From positions 1 through 29,786 of the IMG/VR virus record IMGVR_UViG_3300038976_000003: a DNA stretch of 29,786 nucleotides; one strand, given 5' to 3'. Position 1 is the stretch's first letter. Each line of letters starts with the position of its first letter. The notes under the pieces are model-generated. The model did no database searches, was not told the DNA's origin, and was given only the letters and a program-made list of their open reading frames with translations. A program made the translations under genes and the position numbers. Source of the stretch: a virus (taxonomy: Duplodnaviria; Caudoviricetes). Shown here piece by piece: positions 24,920-29,786 of this stretch.

Positions 24920-25492
24920 TTAGTTGTATTTCACGGCCAGCCGGCCTGTGCATGTTCCCGGCGTGGCTCCCGCGTTCGTCTCAGAAAAACTCACAGCCGC
25001 TTGCGGAAGTCGAAAGGCCACGTTTGCTGGTAGAGTGCCACCCGTTACGCTTGGGGCAAGCTCCGTGCCAATAAATACCTGATGCGCTGCTGCTGGAACC
25101 GCCGTCACCAGATCGTAAGATCCATAAAGCGTGTAGCCTTTGTTCGGTGCCGGGTTGTTTGCCTGTGGGCTGGCAATGTCATCTGCCGTGTAGACGTTCA
25201 CTGTGACCTTGGCAATTTGTGTGCAGCTCACGTAATAGGTAAGCGCCGTTGCTCCGCTGGTGGGAACAATGTTTGTGTTCGTGGTCACGTTAGACGCCGG
25301 AAGCGTTACGGCATTATGGGCCAAATCAGTAGGTGACCACCAGATAAACGGATTCGGACGCGGGATGAGCGGCTTGCCGTTTTTGTCAAGATCTGGGTAT
25401 AAGCCTGAGGTCTGGCCGTTTAAGGCCGCCGCGATGCCGATCACTCCAAGCGCAATCAGCGCCAATGCCGAAAACAGTTTGTTACGCTTCAT
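24920..25492 (-). CDS. Signal-peptide-bearing beta-rich protein
   Basis: MKRNKLFSALALIALGVIGIAAALNG|Q; T/A/P-rich mature part with two Cys. Confidence 0.8.
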   Translation of the reverse strand: MKRNKLFSALALIALGVIGIAAALNGQTSGLYPDLDKNGKPLIPRPNPFIWWSPTDLAHNAVTLPASNVTTNTNIVPTSGATALTYYVSCTQIAKVTVNVYTADDIASPQANNPAPNKGYTLYGSYDLVTAVPAAAHQVFIGTELAPSVTGGTLPANVAFRLPQAAVSFSETNAGATPGTCTGRLAVKYN

Positions 25493-25517
25493 GTCTCACC
25501 GCCGTGTTTGAAATTTG

Positions 25518-25889
25518 TTAAGCTGTGCGCCGTGTTACGAACACGCGATTCGTTGCCGCTTGTATCGCGCCGTGTAGCCTGTCATCGGCATGGCGACTGA
25601 TGTAATCCAGGTCATCTTGAGTCAGTTTGTATTGCCGCCGATAGTGAAACGCTGTCCATGCCAGAAATGCGCGGCCCTTATTGCTGAGTTTTGATTTCTC
25701 GTTCAGGTCGCGGATGAACCGCTTGTGGCCGGAACCCGGAACCATTCTTGCTCCGCTTACCTTGCGCACCAGAGTCAATTCAAACTCGGTGATCAGTTCA
25801 CGCTCAGGCATCGGAAGATTGCTGCGCTCAGTCGTGTACTCCACACATCTCAAACCGAATTGCGCAAACTCACCAAGAGCGTCCTTCAT
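25518..25889 (-). CDS. Hypothetical protein (123 aa; start revised to MKDALG)
   Basis: ATGA overlap with the terL stop; KRFIRDL..LSNKG..FL...FHYRRQ. Confidence 0.7.
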   Translation of the reverse strand: MKDALGEFAQFGLRCVEYTTERSNLPMPERELITEFELTLVRKVSGARMVPGSGHKRFIRDLNEKSKLSNKGRAFLAWTAFHYRRQYKLTQDDLDYISRHADDRLHGAIQAATNRVFVTRRTA

Positions 25890-27694
25890 GCTGTCCCCCA
25901 TCCGTGCTGTTCATCCAGCCGCTTCACCTCTTTGATCGCTTCGTCGCTGCCTATGTCTAACAGCGCTTGCCGCACTTCCGGATATTGACTCTTGGAGCAT
26001 AGGAACGTGCTGCCCGGATTCGCCGCCCAATTCTTTACTACTTGCGTTAACCGTGTTTCCACTACGTGAGCGCCTTTCTTTGGCGGCAAGCCTCTGGCGA
26101 TGTTCTGTTGCACTTTGATTTCCGCCGCGCCTTTGCGGTAGAAGTCCATAATTCCGCCGCCCATTTTGTGACGAATGTAGATCAGCGCCTGGGACGTTGA
26201 ATCGGCGTCGTCATCATGGGCCGCCTTGGGAAATGTGCAGATGTTGTGAATGTATTCTTCTACCCAGGGCAGATCGAAAACGTGTGGATCTGGTAATTCA
26301 ATCGAACCGGCTTCCCATAATGGCGAAGTGCTTTGAAATCGGGATAGCTTCCCGCCTTCAGGCTCAATGGCTACCACGCCCGGAAGTTCTTTCTGTAATT
26401 CGCTGATAATCGCTGGGCCGTTGGCCTTGTCTTCAATCAGGATTGCGTGAGCCTGGGGAAACCTCGCCCGAAAACTTTTTATTGCATCCCGCGATGGTCC
26501 GAAATCCAGGCGCTCATGAATGCGGTGAGGCATCATGTAGTATTTGCCGCCACATTTACCCCATGCCTGAATTGCCACAAAGTCGATATCGCTTTTTTGC
26601 TTTGCGCTTTTGCTTGCGCCCTTGAAAGTGCAATCGGCGGAAATCACCATCAAATCAAAACGCTCAGGCAGTTCTTTGTAGAACTTAATCCAATTCCGCT
26701 TAACGATGCCGCCTTCCATCGGTGCTGGGTTCTGCTGATACTGGCCGGCAAAGGCCCATGAGCCCATACCAACTTTCATTCCCGCGAGTTGCGTTTCCGT
26801 TAACCGCTCAGGCCAGAGTAGCTCATTCGGCTTTCGCTCAACTACGCGGCCACTGATAGGAAATTCCCAGCGCTCTTGTGTTTCAGCGATTGCCGGAAGC
26901 TTTACATGCTTCCAGCGGCTTGATTCCTTACTTAGTACATGCCCGGTCAAATCTAGTTCATGCAACCGCTGCATCACAATGATCTTTATGCCTTTGGCCG
27001 GATCGTTCAGCCGCGAACGAAAGGTAGTGTCAAACTTTATGTTTACACCTTCGCGCTCAGCTTCGGATAGCGCTTGTTCTGGGTTTAGCGGATCGTCAAA
27101 TACCAGGACATCGCCGCCCATGCCGGTTGCCGCTGACTGCATGGCCGTAGCAAACATCTGGCCACGGTTGGAATTCTCGTAGTGCGTCTTTAGATCCTGA
27201 TCTTTGGCAAAGCTGAAAACGTGGCCCCAGCGTTCCTGATACCAGGCAGAGCGCATGACGTTCCGGCGAAACACTGAATGTTGCGTGCTGAGCTTTTCCG
27301 CATAGCTGGCAAACATCCAGCGCCGCGCCGGGTCCGATGTCCAAAGCCAGCACGGAAAGAAAACGGAAATCAGAAGGCTTTTCATTGTTCGCGGTGGAAC
27401 GTTGAAAATGATCCCTTCGCAATCCGGGCCGAACTTTTCCTTGAACTTGTTTTCTTTTACCAGCGTCAGGTATTCACAGATCAGCTCATGATGCCAGTTC
27501 CATGAGAGCGGAGTGACAGGCTCTAGGATCTTCCAGGCTTCCTGCACAAACGATCCCAGATCGTCTGACAATTCAAACGCTTCATTCCGCAGAAGCCGCG
27601 CTTCGTACTCCTGAAGTTCTTCTTCGGTTAGCTCGCTCAGCAGCTCTGGCGGCAAGATCTCGAATTCTTGAAGCGTTGTCCTCTCGGCTTCCAT
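25886..27694 (-). CDS. terL: Terminase large subunit (start revised to MEAERTT)
   Basis: Walker A variant NVPPRTMKS, Walker B VLVFDD, VMQRLH, nuclease acidic motifs ISAD, IEDKANG, HDDDAD; AGGTGG RBS. Confidence 0.95.
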   Translation of the reverse strand: MEAERTTLQEFEILPPELLSELTEEELQEYEARLLRNEAFELSDDLGSFVQEAWKILEPVTPLSWNWHHELICEYLTLVKENKFKEKFGPDCEGIIFNVPPRTMKSLLISVFFPCWLWTSDPARRWMFASYAEKLSTQHSVFRRNVMRSAWYQERWGHVFSFAKDQDLKTHYENSNRGQMFATAMQSAATGMGGDVLVFDDPLNPEQALSEAEREGVNIKFDTTFRSRLNDPAKGIKIIVMQRLHELDLTGHVLSKESSRWKHVKLPAIAETQERWEFPISGRVVERKPNELLWPERLTETQLAGMKVGMGSWAFAGQYQQNPAPMEGGIVKRNWIKFYKELPERFDLMVISADCTFKGASKSAKQKSDIDFVAIQAWGKCGGKYYMMPHRIHERLDFGPSRDAIKSFRARFPQAHAILIEDKANGPAIISELQKELPGVVAIEPEGGKLSRFQSTSPLWEAGSIELPDPHVFDLPWVEEYIHNICTFPKAAHDDDADSTSQALIYIRHKMGGGIMDFYRKGAAEIKVQQNIARGLPPKKGAHVVETRLTQVVKNWAANPGSTFLCSKSQYPEVRQALLDIGSDEAIKEVKRLDEQHGWGTA

Positions 27695-28058
27695 ATTCCA
27701 CCTGAATCGGGCCGCCATCCGGGCCGCCAATCGGCTGTATCGGCTTGCCCTGTATCTGCTCTGCGATGAACTTTGCGGCCAGCACTGGATTACAGAAAGG
27801 CACTTTGTTTTGCGCCGCGTCAAACATGGTCAAAGCAATAGCCATCACGTGCTCAGGGTTGCGGTCTGCAATGTGTCCAATCGCGTTGCGAATGAATGCC
27901 TTTTTGGAATAGCCGCCGGGGTTTCCTGATGCCCCAGGCTCAAAGCGATATTCATTTCCCGGCTGAAATGGCTTGCCCCGTGGCTTCGCTTTCTTCTTTG
28001 CGCTGCCCTGAGCGCTACCGCTGCCAAAGCCGATTCCGGGTTGTGATTTCTTGGACAT
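27582..28058 (-). CDS. terS: Terminase small subunit
   Basis: GKPFQPG, FEPGASGNPGG (DUF5681-like), GKPIQ and GPDGGPIQ motifs; directly upstream of and overlapping terL by 113 nt. Confidence 0.82.
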   Translation of the reverse strand: MSKKSQPGIGFGSGSAQGSAKKKAKPRGKPFQPGNEYRFEPGASGNPGGYSKKAFIRNAIGHIADRNPEHVMAIALTMFDAAQNKVPFCNPVLAAKFIAEQIQGKPIQPIGGPDGGPIQVEYGSREDNASRIRDLAARAAERANRRRTSGVRSAASAE

Positions 28059-28146
28059 GCCTTTTATGCTGCTGTAGGATCAGAACTTGTACTATCGACT
28101 TGAACCGCAGTTTCCTCAAGCGGATCAATTATCTTTACCGCCTTAC

Positions 28147-28653
28147 TCATACAAAACTCTGTATTCTCTGCTGAGACTCAGCCATCTGATCAGGTGACCA
28201 CTCAGCCATTGAAACTTGTTTCACGCCGTTATGCGCTTCTATCCGAATTCCTTCCCATCCATCAATCGACGCCCGCGCACGCCGATCACCCGCCGCATAG
28301 CGAATCAGGATGTCCTCATTCGTCTTTGAGCTTTGGTCCCGCAACTGTGCCAGCTTTGCGTAGGTGAGCTTGATGCACTCGAAACCTTGCGCCATTGCGC
28401 TTGCGTCGTTCAAATCCCGCAACGTGAAATAATACCGTTCCGCTGTTCCTTCTTTCACCATCGCCAGAGCTGATTTAACGGGCAGATAGAAGGCCGGCTT
28501 CACGGGCCGAAGTCGCAAGCATGGGGTACGCATCTTTTTCCCCAGGCTGTGCGCAACACAGATCCCGCAAGAGCTGCCAAAGACGCATGGTGACCACAAA
28601 ATAGGATCATCCATCCAGTAGACAGGAATCTTTTCAAGCTGATTTTGAGGCAA
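28147..28653 (-). CDS. Hypothetical protein with Cys cluster (likely TTG start at 28653)
   Basis: AGGAGA RBS before an in-frame TTG; CVFGSSCGICVAH; first gene of the late operon. Confidence 0.65.
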   Translation of the reverse strand: MPQNQLEKIPVYWMDDPILWSPCVFGSSCGICVAHSLGKKMRTPCLRLRPVKPAFYLPVKSALAMVKEGTAERYYFTLRDLNDASAMAQGFECIKLTYAKLAQLRDQSSKTNEDILIRYAAGDRRARASIDGWEGIRIEAHNGVKQVSMAEWSPDQMAESQQRIQSFV

Positions 28654-28776
28654 GGAATCTCCTGTGAGAGAAGGAATTACAGGAGGCCGTTGGAAGTAGA
28701 AGGGGTCACGCCACTCTGACCCGAACACCAGATATAGCGTTGGTAAAGCCAGTGTCGCAATCTGGTGTGTGTCTTA

Positions 28777-28806
28777 CGTGTAAAGCCTTTTCGTTGTGGA
28801 TGTCAA
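28777..28806 (-). promoter_or_regulatory. Candidate late promoter
   Basis: Perfect TTGACA (28806-28801) with an AT-rich upstream tract; weak -10 (TTACAC/TACACG). Confidence 0.45.
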
Positions 28807-28919
28807 GAAAAAAGTGAGTTGATGGAAATTTATTTTGTGGGACCAGGGCTTTCGAGCTCATCCCCCCTGTTAGTGCCCCGCGTAAAATCTATTCAATTCA
28901 GCGGGCATGTGCGTTCCGT

Positions 28920-29015
28920 TCACTGTTTATGCGCTATTCCGCAAACGCATAGGTCGCCGCCGCACAAACAATCAAGCTCTCCGGTATTGTGGCAAGTCTC
29001 ACAAAATGCCATCAT
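28920..29015 (-). CDS. Cys-rich micro-ORF (31 aa, MMAFCETCHNTGELDCLCGGDLCVCG...)
   Basis: Overlaps the upstream stop; AAGGGG RBS; six Cys. Confidence 0.45.
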   Translation of the reverse strand: MMAFCETCHNTGELDCLCGGDLCVCGIAHKQ

Positions 29016-29730
29016 TCAACCCCTTTCTTCTCTCCCCGGTAGGTGGAGCGGGGAGCGCGTGATAATGGGTCGCATATTTGAACTGGCCGTTTTTCAAATC
29101 TTGCATCCGACATTGGAGAATTGTGTCGGAATATTTAGGTGAGTAAATCAGTACCATCGTGCTCTCTGGCGGCAGAGTTTTTCTATCTTGCGGCATCTTG
29201 ACCCACCCGTTCTGCGGCCCGGCCAGCGCGCGCGCCTCATCCCTCTCTCGCTCAGCAATATCAGCACGAAGTTTTTCCTTAACATGTGCCTCTTTCCAGT
29301 CTTTTAAAGGTCGCTGATAGCGCTCGTCACGAAGAGCCTTAACATAAGCATCAAGCTCGAAATGCTCATTAATGCATTTACGATGAAACACAGCGGTGCA
29401 ATCGGAGCAGCGGTAAGCTTCTTTAGGCAAAACTTCTTTGCCACATCCGCCGACAAAAGGCTCATTCATTCCATCCAATAAGCCACAGGCGATTTCCGGA
29501 GGCGGCGTTCCTTGCGCTGGAGAGGGGGCGGCTAGTAATTCGAGCAATTCATCCTCAGCCGCTTTGCTGGCTTTATGATGGCGTTCGCAGATTTTCCATT
29601 GATCCCGTCCACCAGCATCCTCAGATCGCACCATTTCATTCATCATCGTGTGCGCCAGTTCCCAGATGCGCTTTTTCTCGGGCGTAAGGCTATCCAGCTT
29701 ACGGCGGTACTCCAAAATCACTTCGTTCAT
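28999..29730 (-). CDS. Mosaic phage accessory protein (Zn finger, coiled coil, DUF551-like C-terminus)
   Basis: GGAGGAG RBS; C..GC...YRCSDC..FHRKC; GW.K...LPP..VL...THY..LPAPP. Confidence 0.75.
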   Translation of the reverse strand: MNEVILEYRRKLDSLTPEKKRIWELAHTMMNEMVRSEDAGGRDQWKICERHHKASKAAEDELLELLAAPSPAQGTPPPEIACGLLDGMNEPFVGGCGKEVLPKEAYRCSDCTAVFHRKCINEHFELDAYVKALRDERYQRPLKDWKEAHVKEKLRADIAERERDEARALAGPQNGWVKMPQDRKTLPPESTMVLIYSPKYSDTILQCRMQDLKNGQFKYATHYHALPAPPTGERRKGLNDGIL

Positions 29731-29786
29731 CTCTTCTCCTCCGGCCCCGGCTGAGCGGGTGCGCCTACTCCGTGCTTGCGTAAGAT

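Larger units (their letters stand above)
1..29786 (-). mobile_element. Tailed phage/prophage late region (packaging, head, non-contractile tail, lysis)
   Basis: Canonical order terS-terL-portal-F-protease-MCP-adaptor-tail completion-tube-G/GT-TMP-Dit-hub-NlpC-tip-fibre-lysis, co-oriented with overlapping start/stop codons; no sheath gene seen. Confidence 0.97.

Noticed and set aside
27695-27823. TerL N-terminal extension given in the track
   Set aside because: Lies deep inside terS; RBS supports ATG 27694

Overview
The window is the late (morphogenesis plus lysis) region of a tailed dsDNA phage or prophage, encoded almost entirely on the minus strand. Read right to left: accessory genes, TerS/TerL, portal, Mu-F-like head protein, prohead protease with a probable nested scaffold, major capsid, head-tail adaptor, tail completion and terminator proteins, tail tube, frameshifted G/GT chaperone, tape measure, a DUF2460-DUF2163-NlpC/P60-central tip module (siphovirus type), a fibre-like protein, a divergent moron and a GH108 endolysin with several holin-like genes. 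No integrase, RT, CRISPR or IS is visible, and the host cannot be determined. The unusual layer is non-coding: (i) a non-canonical tRNA-like cloverleaf inside the tail operon; (ii) a four-hairpin, attenuator-like RNA ahead of the protease/capsid block; (iii) a hairpin after the capsid gene whose loop is complementary to a GGAGGAC RBS used by eight genes; (iv) a dispersed GTAGGGC-N3-GCCCTAT palindrome; (v) a leader motif shared by two unrelated genes. Two putative virion-module proteins carry Sec signal peptides, and about a dozen small, often translationally coupled ORFs (including a solo HicA-like gene) are interleaved with the structural genes. All family calls come from motif recognition by eye; no search was run.
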